A DNA stretch of 64,000 bases from Enterobacteria phage vB_EcoM_IME281. Shown here in pieces: positions 56,110 to 64,000 of this stretch (positions within the stretch are counted from its first letter, which is position 1; each line of letters opens with the position of its first letter). The notes under the pieces were generated by a model that saw nothing but the letters and a program-made list of their open reading frames with translations, had not been told where the DNA came from and made no database searches. The stretch lies in sequence record MH051913, one strand, 5' to 3'. A program made the position numbers and the translations under genes.

Positions 56110-57533
56110 AAACTATTTTGGCTCAACTGCTAGGCAATAGTGATTATTTCACTAAGGTCTGGCCTTATATGAATGATTCTTATTTTGACCAGGGTCCGGC
56201 AAAGACCCTTTTCAAAGAAATCAAAAAACATGTCAATGAATATAATGCGGTGCCTTCTAAAAATGCTTTGAGTATTGCATTAGATAACAGCACCCTTTCA
56301 GAAGTTGAACATCAAGGAGCTAAAGAGCTTTTAAATTCTCTGAATGCAGGCCCTGAAGACCAAGAATGGTTGGTTAAAGAGACAGAGAAATATGTTCAGA
56401 AGGCAGCGATGTATAATGCCACTTCAAAAATTATTGAAATTCAAACTAATGCAGACCTTCCGGTTGAGCAACAAAATAGAAAACTCCCAGGTATTGGTGC
56501 TATTCCAGATATCATGCGTGATGCATTATCGATTTGTTTCGATTCTGAATTAGGCCACGACTGGATGGATGACTATGAAGAACGTTTTAAAAGTTATTCT
56601 GATAAAGCCTGTAAGGTTCCATTCCGTCTTAATATTCTGAACAAGATTACTAAGGGTGGCGCTGAGTTTGGTACTGAAAACGTATTGTTGGCAGGAACAA
56701 ACGTAGGTAAGTCTCTTGGACTGTGTTCATTGGCTGCTGATTACCTTCAATCAGGTTATGATGTTCTTTATATCTCCATGGAGATGGCAGAGGAAGTATG
56801 TGCTAAGCGTATCGATGCTAACCTTCTGGATGTATCACTGGATGATATCGATGATGGTCACGTCTCATGGCCTGAATATAAAGCTAAGATGGATAAGTGG
56901 CGTTCAACTGCTACTTTAGGTCGTTTAAAGATTAAACAGTACCCTACTGGTGGTGCTAATGCCGATACATTCCGTGCATTATTAAACGAATACAAGCTCA
57001 AACAAAACTTTGTCCCACAGGTCGTTATCGTCGACTACCTGGCCATCTGTGCATCTTCTCGTACGAAAGTTTTCTCTGAAAACAGTTACGGATTGATTAA
57101 GATGGTTGCTGAAGAACTACGTGGGCTTGCAGTAGAGAAGAAATTATTGCTGTGGACGGCAGCCCAGACTACTCGTGGTGCGAACGTTGCAGCCGAAATC
57201 GATATGGCCGATATTGCTGAATCTTTTGGTATTGCACATACTGCAGACTTCATGTTAGGTGTGGTCGAGACAGAAGAGTTTGCTCAGATGGGTATGCAAA
57301 TGGTTAAGCAGCTTAAATCTCGTTATGGTGATAAGAGCTACTACAACAAATTTAAGATTGGTGTTAAGAAAGGAAACCAGCGTTGGTATGAAGTTGAAGA
57401 CGATTCCAACCCAGGCCCTGTGAACACCGTTCGTGAGGCTACAGGTGAAATGAATCGCCAAGCTGAAGTCAATCGCCAGACACGTGTTAATAGAAGTGAT
57501 TTAGACGATTTAGCAGCATCTATCAAATTTTAA
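56103..57533 (+). CDS. 41: replicative DNA helicase gp41 (GTG start inferred)
   Basis: Walker A GTNVGKS, Walker B VVIVDYL; strong match to recalled T4 gp41; GTG 56103 gives MVETIL (T4 MVEIIL), 476 aa; track starts at GTG 56094. Confidence 0.9.
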   Translation: MVETILAQLLGNSDYFTKVWPYMNDSYFDQGPAKTLFKEIKKHVNEYNAVPSKNALSIALDNSTLSEVEHQGAKELLNSLNAGPEDQEWLVKETEKYVQKAAMYNATSKIIEIQTNADLPVEQQNRKLPGIGAIPDIMRDALSICFDSELGHDWMDDYEERFKSYSDKACKVPFRLNILNKITKGGAEFGTENVLLAGTNVGKSLGLCSLAADYLQSGYDVLYISMEMAEEVCAKRIDANLLDVSLDDIDDGHVSWPEYKAKMDKWRSTATLGRLKIKQYPTGGANADTFRALLNEYKLKQNFVPQVVIVDYLAICASSRTKVFSENSYGLIKMVAEELRGLAVEKKLLLWTAAQTTRGANVAAEIDMADIAESFGIAHTADFMLGVVETEEFAQMGMQMVKQLKSRYGDKSYYNKFKIGVKKGNQRWYEVEDDSNPGPVNTVREATGEMNRQAEVNRQTRVNRSDLDDLAASIKF

Positions 57534-57552
57534 GGAGCTTCGGCTCCTTTTT
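57534..57552 (+). terminator. rho-independent terminator
   Basis: GGAGC-TTCG-GCTCC plus T5. Confidence 0.65.
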
Positions 57553-57561
57553 GTTTTAAGG

Positions 57562-57590
57562 GTTTACATCTCCTATAGGCATGATACTAT
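57562..57590 (+). promoter_or_regulatory. early promoter/stem-loop cassette
   Basis: GTTTAC, 17 nt, TACTAT; core GCATGATACTATAGACCTATCAAC identical to 16912 copy. Confidence 0.65.
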
Positions 57591-57614
57591 AGACCTATCA
57601 ACTTGGAGAACAAA

Positions 57615-57932
57615 ATGAAAACTATCGATTGTAAAGCAGAACATAAAGTGTATTACCACGGAAGTTGTAGTGATGCTAATATTGGTAATATGCTTTGTCC
57701 TCCTGAGGAAACAGGAGTTCTGTCTGAAACTGGTCGTAAGAAAAACCTGAATCGTGTATTCTTTACTGAGGATATTGGTTTGGCTAAGATTTATGCTGGA
57801 CGAGCTGCTCGTTCAGTGGGAGGAGAACCTCGTCTTTATCGTGTAATTGCTCCGGTAGATGTGGTTTGTTTAAATGATACTAAAGGCGCTACGGTATATC
57901 ATGCCGAATGGGCCTTCTGTGAGGAAATCTAA
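57615..57932 (+). CDS. hypothetical protein (105 aa), cassette-driven insertion upstream of dmd
   Basis: ATG after GGAGAACAAA in cassette leader (track used TTG 57603); contains HGS, AKIYAG and YHAEW motifs. Confidence 0.5.
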   Translation: MKTIDCKAEHKVYYHGSCSDANIGNMLCPPEETGVLSETGRKKNLNRVFFTEDIGLAKIYAGRAARSVGGEPRLYRVIAPVDVVCLNDTKGATVYHAEWAFCEEI

Positions 57933-58136
57933 ATGTTTAAATTAGAGATCGTAGTGTTTATTGGTTGGTTTGAAAATGGTAATATGTTTACCAAAGAAAC
58001 TGCGCTGGATGTTAGTGACCAAAAAATGATTGAATGGGTTACAGTGCAGTATGCAGAAGTGAATAATGCACTGGTGAAAGCCTTTGTTAATGACAATAAA
58101 GTTTTTGAATATGATGCCCGCATTGAGGAAATCTAA
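57933..58136 (+). CDS. dmd: Dmd antitoxin (inhibitor of host RnlA/LsoA RNase toxins)
   Basis: 67 aa; VVFIGWFENGNMFTKE..QYAEVNNALVKAFVNDNKV matches recalled T4 Dmd; between 41 and 61. Confidence 0.8.
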   Translation: MFKLEIVVFIGWFENGNMFTKETALDVSDQKMIEWVTVQYAEVNNALVKAFVNDNKVFEYDARIEEI

Positions 58137-58277
58137 ATGGAAGAAGTAGAATGTGTAGTGTGCGGCTGTTCAGTTTGTGAAGACGAAGCCGTTTTTGACG
58201 CGTATGATAATGCGACTTGTTTAGACTGTGACAGTGAATTCGAAGAAATTGCTCATAAACATGAAGACGAGGAATAA
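58137..58277 (+). CDS. zinc-ribbon micro-protein (46 aa)
   Basis: Not in ORF track; CVVCGCSVC...CLDC four-Cys motif; fills gap exactly between neighbours. Confidence 0.45.
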   Translation: MEEVECVVCGCSVCEDEAVFDAYDNATCLDCDSEFEEIAHKHEDEE

Positions 58278-58574
58278 ATGAATATTCAAATTATGAAGCC
58301 TGTTAAAAGTGGCTTTTGGGACCGGTCTTTCGGTAAGCATAAGATTTATGCAGATCGTATTAACAGTCGCTGGGAACTTGTCCTTTCTCAGGAAACTAAA
58401 GGCGAAATGGATTTTGTAGAGTTCTACGAATTCGATGTTCGTCCTACTAAGCGCCAGATTCGTCAGTGCAAAAAAGCTTTTCGTGCTTATGTTGGTGGTG
58501 AGGTTCTCCGTCGTCAACGTCGTCTGATAATGGAATCACAGTTAGTAACTTTAGATTACGCTAAAGTAAAATAA
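58278..58574 (+). CDS. hypothetical basic protein with RPTKRQ motif (98 aa)
   Basis: ORF track; VRPTKRQIRQCKKAFRAYV shared with 59363 product. Confidence 0.45.
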   Translation: MNIQIMKPVKSGFWDRSFGKHKIYADRINSRWELVLSQETKGEMDFVEFYEFDVRPTKRQIRQCKKAFRAYVGGEVLRRQRRLIMESQLVTLDYAKVK

Positions 58575-58576
58575 GT

Positions 58577-58606
58577 GTTTACAACGGTCTATGGTAGTGA
58601 TACTAT
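58577..58606 (+). promoter_or_regulatory. early promoter/stem-loop cassette
   Basis: GTTTAC, 18 nt, TACTAT; core GTGATACTATAGACCTATCAACTAATGAGGAG. Confidence 0.6.
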
Positions 58607-58634
58607 AGACCTATCAACTAATGAGGAGTTAAAA

Positions 58635-58928
58635 ATGAAAAAGTTATTAATCGCAGCAATCCTTACAGTAGCATCATGTGGCACAGCTCCAGTTACAGCT
58701 GGGTTGGATAAAGACCTTTGTGAATGGTCTATGACTGCAGACCAAGAATCAGTTGAACATCAGATTTATGCTGATATCATGAACATCACTAAACGTGACC
58801 GTCCTGATATGGTTAAAGAAGTATCCGACCAATTGGCTTCTAGCGGTGTTATGCAGTATAACTATGTTCTGTACTGTGATGCTAATTTCGATAACAAAAA
58901 TATCGTTAAAGAGGTGACAGGTGAATAA
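58635..58928 (+). CDS. putative periplasmic lipoprotein (97 aa)
   Basis: M21 of track ORF; signal peptide with lipobox-like VASC; size and position similar to T4 sp (61.3), positional only. Confidence 0.4.
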   Translation: MKKLLIAAILTVASCGTAPVTAGLDKDLCEWSMTADQESVEHQIYADIMNITKRDRPDMVKEVSDQLASSGVMQYNYVLYCDANFDNKNIVKEVTGE

Positions 58929-59361
58929 GATTAACAGAAATTTGGTTATCAAAAAACTTCGTTGTAAAAATCCAAATGCCCAGGCATACAGAATGTATTG
59001 GAGCGACGACCATCAATACCTGGGTTATTTTATTGTTGATAGCGATGATAGGATTGTATTTGCCCATAAACTTCTTAATAGAGAATTAAACCACTGGCAA
59101 GAACTTATTGCTGTTAAGTCTAAATTATTTTCGCGCAATACAATACACCAATTGGTTTATTTTTTCGCTGATGGTTTTCCTGACAAGGTTGAATTTGAAG
59201 GATTCGAATTTAAAGATATCCTCCCGGACAATGAATTTAACGACTGCGTTAATATGGATATCCCTAGCAAGTATATCAAAAACAGTCTGTTGAAAATTCT
59301 GGAAGCTCCGGTTTATTCAATCGACGACCAGATTTTTAATGCCTTTATGAATCGAGGTTGA
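58921..59361 (+). CDS. hypothetical protein (146 aa; GTG start)
   Basis: ORF track; AGAGG RBS before GTG. Confidence 0.4.
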   Translation: MNKINRNLVIKKLRCKNPNAQAYRMYWSDDHQYLGYFIVDSDDRIVFAHKLLNRELNHWQELIAVKSKLFSRNTIHQLVYFFADGFPDKVEFEGFEFKDILPDNEFNDCVNMDIPSKYIKNSLLKILEAPVYSIDDQIFNAFMNRG

Positions 59362-59362
59362 T

Positions 59363-59584
59363 ATGTTTGTTTTAACTCAATTCTCTAAAGCGGTATATGG
59401 TTACTCTTGTCAGTGGGAAGTCTTTATTGATTCTCCTTCACCTAAGTATGGTGTTTTTGGACGAGTAACTACTCAAGCTTATGTTGCACGGCCAACTAAG
59501 CGCCAGCTTCGTAAACTTAAAAAGGCCCATCGTCAACTGATTAAAAGAAGGGAACAATATGAGTGCAATGTGTACGGGCTCTAA
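59363..59584 (+). CDS. hypothetical basic protein with RPTKRQ motif (73 aa)
   Basis: ORF track; ARPTKRQLRKLKKAHRQLI paralogous to 58278 product. Confidence 0.45.
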   Translation: MFVLTQFSKAVYGYSCQWEVFIDSPSPKYGVFGRVTTQAYVARPTKRQLRKLKKAHRQLIKRREQYECNVYGL

Positions 59585-59750
59585 GATTTCTGTATTCGAG
59601 TTGTTCGAAGAATATGAAATCGTATCAAAAGACCAAGAAGCTATCCATGTTATTGCTGATGATGGTGTGACCTGGATTATCCCACTTTACCACGAAGATA
59701 CGTACGAAGTCACTGACGCCAACGGTGACAAAGCTATTTTCGTAATATAA
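59559..59750 (+). CDS. hypothetical protein (63 aa)
   Basis: ORF track. Confidence 0.4.
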   Translation: MSAMCTGSKISVFELFEEYEIVSKDQEAIHVIADDGVTWIIPLYHEDTYEVTDANGDKAIFVI

Positions 59751-59766
59751 ATAAGGCCAGGAGCCT

Positions 59767-59928
59767 ATGAAATCTTTTAAAGAAGTTATGAACGAAGATA
59801 TGGTCGCAGGCGATGCTGGTGGAAATCCATCTAATATTGCCTCCGGAACTACCTCAGGCGCAGTCGTCAACAAAGGGCCTGAACAAATCCCATCTAAAAA
59901 GCGTAAAGAAAAATCCGAAAACGAATGA
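59767..59928 (+). CDS. hypothetical low-complexity protein (53 aa)
   Basis: Not in ORF track; AGGAG RBS; Gly/Ser-rich then basic tail. Confidence 0.4.
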   Translation: MKSFKEVMNEDMVAGDAGGNPSNIASGTTSGAVVNKGPEQIPSKKRKEKSENE

Positions 59929-59966
59929 TATAATGGCTCTATTAATTTAGAGCCCAAGGAAAAATA

Positions 59967-60995
59967 ATGTCATATGTCGATAGAGAATTTGCTGTACGTG
60001 CCTTGAATTACCAACCTAAATTCAGACAAGTAACTGGTAGTGATTTTAAATTAAATTGTCGTTGTCGTGTATGCGGTGACTCCCAAAAGGATGAGAACAA
60101 AGCTCGTTTTTGGGCCTATCCGGCCAATGACGGTTCCATTATGTTGCATTGTTTTAACTGCGACTATTCAGCAGGAATTAAGAAGTACCTATATGAATAT
60201 GAGCCTGATTTATATCGCGAATATATTCTTGAGAAACATAAAGAGCAATCGTTCGGGAGACAAGCTGCACCTAAGGTGGAGATATCTGAAAAAATTAAAG
60301 CTAAGATGCCTGTCATCGAAAAGCTTAATTTCTGCGAACGATTAGATAGAATGCCGAAGGACCATCCTATTATCAAATATGTGACGCTGCGTTGCATTCC
60401 TGAAAATAAATGGAATCGACTATGGTTTACTAAAGAATGGCCTGCATTGGTTAACTCAGTTAATCCAGGGACCTATTCTAAAGAAATGCCTGAGCCTCGT
60501 TTGGTTATTCCTATTTTCAATAAGGATAAACAAATAGAAAGTTTCCAGGGTCGAGCTTTACGTAAAGATGCTCCACAAAAATATATTACAATAAAAGCTC
60601 ATGACCAAGCTACAAAAATATATGGAATGGATACGGTTGATGAACGTCAATTGGTATGGGTTATGGAAGGACCGATTGATTCTTTATTTGTCCCTAATGC
60701 CATAGCAATTACTGGCGGGTCTTTGGACTTGGCTATGGTTCCATGTAAAGAAACTCGTGCTTGGGTAATGGACAATGAACCCCGTCATCCTGACACAATT
60801 AAGCGTATGCAACGATTAGTTGATGCCGGCGAAAGGGTCCTATTCTGGGACAAGGCTCCATGGCCTTCTAAAGATATAAATGATATGGTTATGAAAGATA
60901 AAGCTGATATAAATGATATATTGGCGTATATGAAAGCTAATATAGCCCAAGGTCTAATGGCAAAAATGAGGCTTTCAAAATATTCTAAAATTTAG
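59967..60995 (+). CDS. 61: DNA primase gp61
   Basis: 342 aa (same as T4 gp61); N-terminal zinc ribbon CRCRVCGDS..CFNCDY; position after 41. Confidence 0.85.
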   Translation: MSYVDREFAVRALNYQPKFRQVTGSDFKLNCRCRVCGDSQKDENKARFWAYPANDGSIMLHCFNCDYSAGIKKYLYEYEPDLYREYILEKHKEQSFGRQAAPKVEISEKIKAKMPVIEKLNFCERLDRMPKDHPIIKYVTLRCIPENKWNRLWFTKEWPALVNSVNPGTYSKEMPEPRLVIPIFNKDKQIESFQGRALRKDAPQKYITIKAHDQATKIYGMDTVDERQLVWVMEGPIDSLFVPNAIAITGGSLDLAMVPCKETRAWVMDNEPRHPDTIKRMQRLVDAGERVLFWDKAPWPSKDINDMVMKDKADINDILAYMKANIAQGLMAKMRLSKYSKI

Positions 60996-61192
60996 ACAGG
61001 AACTCCGCTAAAGAATCCAATTATGCTTAATACGTGTTCCATTGTAACCGCTGGTAAAATTACCCCTTGGCTAGCGGCTACAGGAACTACTAAAAGATTC
61101 CAAAGGAATACGTCTAGCGCAAGAAAACCTAACATCATTTTCTTGTCTTTCTTTTCAGCCAATTTCCAGATTTGGTAAAAAATACTACCCAT
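60992..61192 (-). CDS. small hydrophobic protein on opposite strand (66 aa)
   Basis: Minus-strand ORF with AGGAGGA RBS 4 nt upstream of ATG; hydrophobic C-terminal half. Confidence 0.5.
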   Translation of the reverse strand: MGSIFYQIWKLAEKKDKKMMLGFLALDVFLWNLLVVPVAASQGVILPAVTMEHVLSIIGFFSGVPV

Positions 61193-61221
61193 GTTATCCT
61201 CCTGTTAAATTAATATTTATT

Positions 61222-61245
61222 CGCTTTAATCTAGCAGTTTATAAT
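61222..61245 (+). promoter_or_regulatory. possible middle promoter for gene 56
   Basis: Imperfect MotA box CGCTTTA, 11-nt gap, TATAAT. Confidence 0.3.
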
Positions 61246-61286
61246 TATCTAACTTACTAACAAATGAATTGATAAGGAAAAATATA

Positions 61287-61808
61287 ATGGCTCATTTTAA
61301 TGAATGTTCTCAACTGATTGCCGGTGCCGATAAAGCTGAAGAAGCTTATTTTAATGCTCTGATTCACGAAGATAAAGACCCTCTGCAGGTTATGCTTGAT
61401 ATGCAGAAATCTTTGCAGGTTCGTTTAGCTAAAGATAAGCCTGAATATAATCGTCATCCTGATGATTTGGCCACTGCGGGTGAAGTTGTCGATTGGCTTC
61501 GCAACCAGAAAGATTATATTGATGACGAATTCCGTGAACTTATGACTTCTCTTGGTGGTATGAGCAATGGTGAAAAAGATGCATCTGCAGTATGGAAGCC
61601 TTGGAAAGCTCAACATGCTGAACGTCGTGAAACCCTGATTAACGATTTGTCTCCTGAAGACCAGCTCGAAATTAAATTCGAAATGATTGATATTCTGCAC
61701 TTTGTTCTGAATATGTTCCAGGGTCTTGGACTGACCGCTGAAGAAATCTTTAAACTGTATTACCTGAAAAATGCCGAGAACTTTGCTCGTCAAGACCGAG
61801 GTTATTAA
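61287..61808 (+). CDS. 56: dCTP pyrophosphatase gp56
   Basis: 173 aa; MAHFNEC..DKDPLQVMLDMQ..IDDEFRELMTSLG..SPEDQLEIKFE..EEIFKLYYLKNAENFARQDRGY matches recalled T4 gp56. Confidence 0.85.
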   Translation: MAHFNECSQLIAGADKAEEAYFNALIHEDKDPLQVMLDMQKSLQVRLAKDKPEYNRHPDDLATAGEVVDWLRNQKDYIDDEFRELMTSLGGMSNGEKDASAVWKPWKAQHAERRETLINDLSPEDQLEIKFEMIDILHFVLNMFQGLGLTAEEIFKLYYLKNAENFARQDRGY

Positions 61809-61810
61809 GT

Positions 61811-61818
61811 TATAAATA
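61811..61818 (+). promoter_or_regulatory. late promoter TATAAATA for soc
   Basis: Exact consensus 32 nt upstream of ATG 61850. Confidence 0.55.
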
Positions 61819-61849
61819 CACCTGTAATTAAACAACAAAGGAGTTAATT

Positions 61850-62083
61850 ATGGGTGGTTTCGTTAATATCAAAACCTTTACACATCCAGCTGGTGAAGGT
61901 AAAGAAGTTAAAGGTGTTGAAGTATCTGTCCCGTTTGAAATCTATTCAAACGAGCATCGTATTGCGAATGCACACTATCAGACATTTCCTTCTGAAAAGG
62001 CGGCATACACTACTGTAGTAACTGATGCAGCCGATTGGCGAACTAAGAACGCGGCGATGTTTACGCCTACCCCAGTAGTTTAA
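61850..62083 (+). CDS. soc: small outer capsid protein Soc
   Basis: 77 aa; FVNIKTF..AHYQTFPSEKAAY matches recalled T4 Soc; late promoter upstream. Confidence 0.75.
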   Translation: MGGFVNIKTFTHPAGEGKEVKGVEVSVPFEIYSNEHRIANAHYQTFPSEKAAYTTVVTDAADWRTKNAAMFTPTPVV

Positions 62084-62089
62084 TTATAA

Positions 62090-62111
62090 GGAACCTTCGG
62101 GTTCCTTTTTT
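62090..62111 (+). terminator. rho-independent terminator
   Basis: GGAACC-TTCG-GGTTCC plus T6 (same hairpin as 26365-26386). Confidence 0.7.
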
Positions 62112-62121
62112 GGTTTTAAGG

Positions 62122-62151
62122 GTTTACTTTCTAAGAAGGTTATGTTAAGAT
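62122..62151 (+). promoter_or_regulatory. possible early promoter
   Basis: TTTTAAGGGTTTAC shared with 57562 copy; weak -10. Confidence 0.35.
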
Positions 62152-62179
62152 GGTCTCTTATCTTATAGAGGAGAATGCT

Positions 62180-62389
62180 ATGTTAAATCGTTGGATTAAA
62201 CCAAATAAAACTTTAGATGAAATTATCGCTAATCATGTATTGAAAAAGTACTTCTATACGCCTTGGTATACCGAAGTTATTGTCCATTCATTTATGATGC
62301 ATGAAGACGGTTCTATCGAATTTAATGCCGAAATCCGTCACGAGACTGATGATATTGATAAAGTTGAATTTAAACGAGGTTTCCTATGA
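62180..62389 (+). CDS. hypothetical protein (69 aa)
   Basis: M11 of track ORF; GAGGAGAA RBS. Confidence 0.45.
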   Translation: MLNRWIKPNKTLDEIIANHVLKKYFYTPWYTEVIVHSFMMHEDGSIEFNAEIRHETDDIDKVEFKRGFL

Positions 62390-62703
62390 TTCGTTGGCTT
62401 AAGAATTTTTTCAAGACCAAACCTGGTGAAGGGGTGGTTCCTATCTCAGGTCTGAAGGAATATGTTTATGTGGGCGATGGTATGATGGAAGAAGTTATAC
62501 GGCAACCTGAAAAAGCAGGTAATGTGGGCCTGGGTGCCCTTCCTTTGAATTCTAAAAAGTTTAAAGAACATTTAGAAGCTCGTCGCACAAGCCATATTGA
62601 TAGTACTCCTATTATGGTTGCGGCTGCTGTTAGTTCATGGACCGGCGATTCGTCTTATTCTGACTCAGGAAGCTGCGGCTCATCGTCCGGCTCGTGTGAT
62701 TGA
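62386..62703 (+). CDS. hypothetical protein with Ser/Gly/Cys-rich tail (105 aa)
   Basis: ORF track; C-terminal [19 protein letters not shown]. Confidence 0.45.
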   Translation: MIRWLKNFFKTKPGEGVVPISGLKEYVYVGDGMMEEVIRQPEKAGNVGLGALPLNSKKFKEHLEARRTSHIDSTPIMVAAAVSSWTGDSSYSDSGSCGSSSGSCD

Positions 62704-62903
62704 TGAAACCTTTATCATGGCTTAAAGATTGGCTAGACCGTCCTGGTGATTATCTTGATGACGGGTGGTTGGACCAAGCTAATGCAGAAATGAAACGCGA
62801 GTCCGAAGAATGGATTCTTAAAGGTATCCGTGAAGAACGCGAAAAGAAATTAGAACGCGAAGCTCTTAGAATTATGCGTGACATCTATGGGGATAAATCA
62901 TGA
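62700..62903 (+). CDS. hypothetical protein (67 aa)
   Basis: ORF track; ATGA coupling. Confidence 0.45.
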   Translation: MMKPLSWLKDWLDRPGDYLDDGWLDQANAEMKRESEEWILKGIREEREKKLEREALRIMRDIYGDKS

Positions 62904-63067
62904 CTACTGAAGAGGCCGAAAAACAAGCTAAAGAGGCACTGGATTTGCTTCTTAAAATTGGTAGTAAAATGATGGAAGAAAACGAGAAATACATCCAAGA
63001 AAATAAAATTCCGGATGGTCCTTTAGTAGGTAAACTAAAAAGAGGAAAATATAATGAAAGTCTATGA
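62900..63067 (+). CDS. hypothetical protein (55 aa)
   Basis: Not in ORF track; ATGA overlap with upstream stop; overlaps next ORF by 14 nt. Confidence 0.3.
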   Translation: MTTEEAEKQAKEALDLLLKIGSKMMEENEKYIQENKIPDGPLVGKLKRGKYNESL

Positions 63068-63542
63068 ACTCGAATTCCATGTACGTGATTCTGCCGGACA
63101 AACGCGTCCTTATGATGCTACGGTGTGTCTTATCTTTGTCGACAATGGTATGAATTCTATAACCCAGTTAGAAACACGATTAAAAGATATTAAGCTGCCA
63201 GAAAATATTATGATGAAGGCGTATCATAATAAAAATGTTGATGTTGCTGAAGGTTGTCCTTTTAGCCTGGCTGAAGCATTACATATCAAGGGTTATCGCC
63301 ATCCGGACCCGGATGGCGAAGGAACAATGGACATTTTCTATAAAGATACCGATAGAATGTCCAACGAACGTCTTAAAGGTCGTACTTATCTTATTTCCGC
63401 TACCGAAGACCTTATTGAAGTTGAACGTCAGATTTGGAAGCACTTTGATATTGGATTGCGCTTTACCATGACTGAAGACGCTATTCGTGATGCTAAGGTA
63501 CGAGCTCGTATGTACGAGTACGGTCCTATCGGTGGTTACTAA
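63054..63542 (+). CDS. hypothetical protein (162 aa)
   Basis: AGAGGAAAA RBS. Confidence 0.5.
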   Translation: MKVYELEFHVRDSAGQTRPYDATVCLIFVDNGMNSITQLETRLKDIKLPENIMMKAYHNKNVDVAEGCPFSLAEALHIKGYRHPDPDGEGTMDIFYKDTDRMSNERLKGRTYLISATEDLIEVERQIWKHFDIGLRFTMTEDAIRDAKVRARMYEYGPIGGY

Positions 63543-63730
63543 TGGACTTATTTGATATGTTTGTCATTCCGGACCCTGAGCCTGAAACAACTCAGGAGCC
63601 GCCTGTTGACCTTGTCAACGAACTTGATATGATTATACGGAAGCATGGTTTTAAGTTGCCTAAAGAGGTCCTTAGTGACCTTGCTTCTTATTACTTAGAC
63701 CCTCCACCCTGGGCTCCTTGGGTAAAATAA
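63542..63730 (+). CDS. hypothetical protein (62 aa)
   Basis: ORF track. Confidence 0.4.
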   Translation: MDLFDMFVIPDPEPETTQEPPVDLVNELDMIIRKHGFKLPKEVLSDLASYYLDPPPWAPWVK

Positions 63731-63733
63731 AGT

Positions 63734-63761
63734 TTTACACCTCCTCCCTTCATGTTATAAT
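63734..63761 (+). promoter_or_regulatory. early promoter with hairpin
   Basis: TTTTAC -35-like, TATAAT; inverted repeat covers the SD GGAGG. Confidence 0.45.
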
Positions 63762-63785
63762 GACCTCTAAATCACTGGAGGTCAT

Positions 63786-64000
63786 ATGAACATCGAACAA
63801 AAATGTCTTTATCAAGACCGAATCAATTCCAAATTTTCAAAATCTGAACAAGCCTTGTTAGAGAAATGTCTGGATGCCAAAAAGGACCCTAACTTCCATT
63901 ACGACCTTGACAAACTGGTTCGTAAGCATGTTACTTCGGCCGTTCCCGTAGAGTTGTATCGTGGGATTACCACCAGAGAACTTGAGCAATTAGAGCTCCT
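63786..64000 (+). CDS. hypothetical protein (partial; runs off window end)
   Basis: ATG after GGAGG in cassette-like leader; open to window end; LYRG motif near the end, function not assignable. Confidence 0.4.
   Translation, partial: MNIEQKCLYQDRINSKFSKSEQALLEKCLDAKKDPNFHYDLDKLVRKHVTSAVPVELYRGITTRELEQLEL

Noticed and set aside
61222-61245. Sigma-70-type promoter for the minus-strand ORF 60992-61192
   Set aside because: No convincing -35/-10 pair on the minus strand in the 61193-61260 interval; only the plus-strand middle-promoter-like element is reported, at low confidence.
4125-63761. Recurrent 20-30 bp repeats considered as a CRISPR array
   Set aside because: Repeats are promoter/stem-loop cassettes separated by 300-1500 bp of coding sequence with RBS and ATG, not short uniform spacers; no cas genes.

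Overview
This window is a 64-kb segment of a T4-like (Tevenvirinae) myovirus genome, read in the direction of early transcription; assignments rest on motifs and on protein sequence recalled from T4/RB69, not on a database search. Recognisable core genes in T4 order: gp53 (partial, minus strand), gp4, gp2, gp3, gp1, 57A, 57B/Acb1, three tRNAs, nudE, lysozyme e, denV, regB, tk, nrdC, gp49, gp55, gp47, gp46, rpbA, gp45, gp44, gp62, regA, gp43 DNA polymerase, imm-like, a thymidylate-synthase-fold hydroxymethylase at the gene 42 position, uvsX, gp40, gp41, dmd, gp61, gp56, soc. Between these lie hyperplastic regions packed with small ORFs, about 20 copies of a conserved early promoter/stem-loop cassette, late (TATAAATA) and MotA-type middle promoters, UUCG-loop terminators, and a free-standing HNH homing endonuclease on the minus strand. 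T4 alpha-gt, beta-gt and the nrdD/nrdG block are absent from their usual positions. The most interesting candidates are: (1) a tandem array of five small paralogous genes ending in W-x-SSS-x-x-C; (2) an NDP-sugar-type enzyme cluster (nucleotidyltransferase-kinase fusion, HAD phosphatase, P-loop kinase, hydroxymethylase, unknown 297-aa protein) where T4 has gene 42 and beta-gt, suggesting a non-glucose DNA hypermodification pathway; (3) six genes carrying the internal-protein capsid-targeting sequence MKTYxEF[IL]xE; (4) cassette-driven insertions next to known anti-defence genes (Acb1, dmd). Where the supplied ORF track used TTG/GTG starts, I moved the start to the first ATG with an RBS, found by residue counting; seven further small ORFs absent from the track (33-58 aa) were read directly from the sequence.
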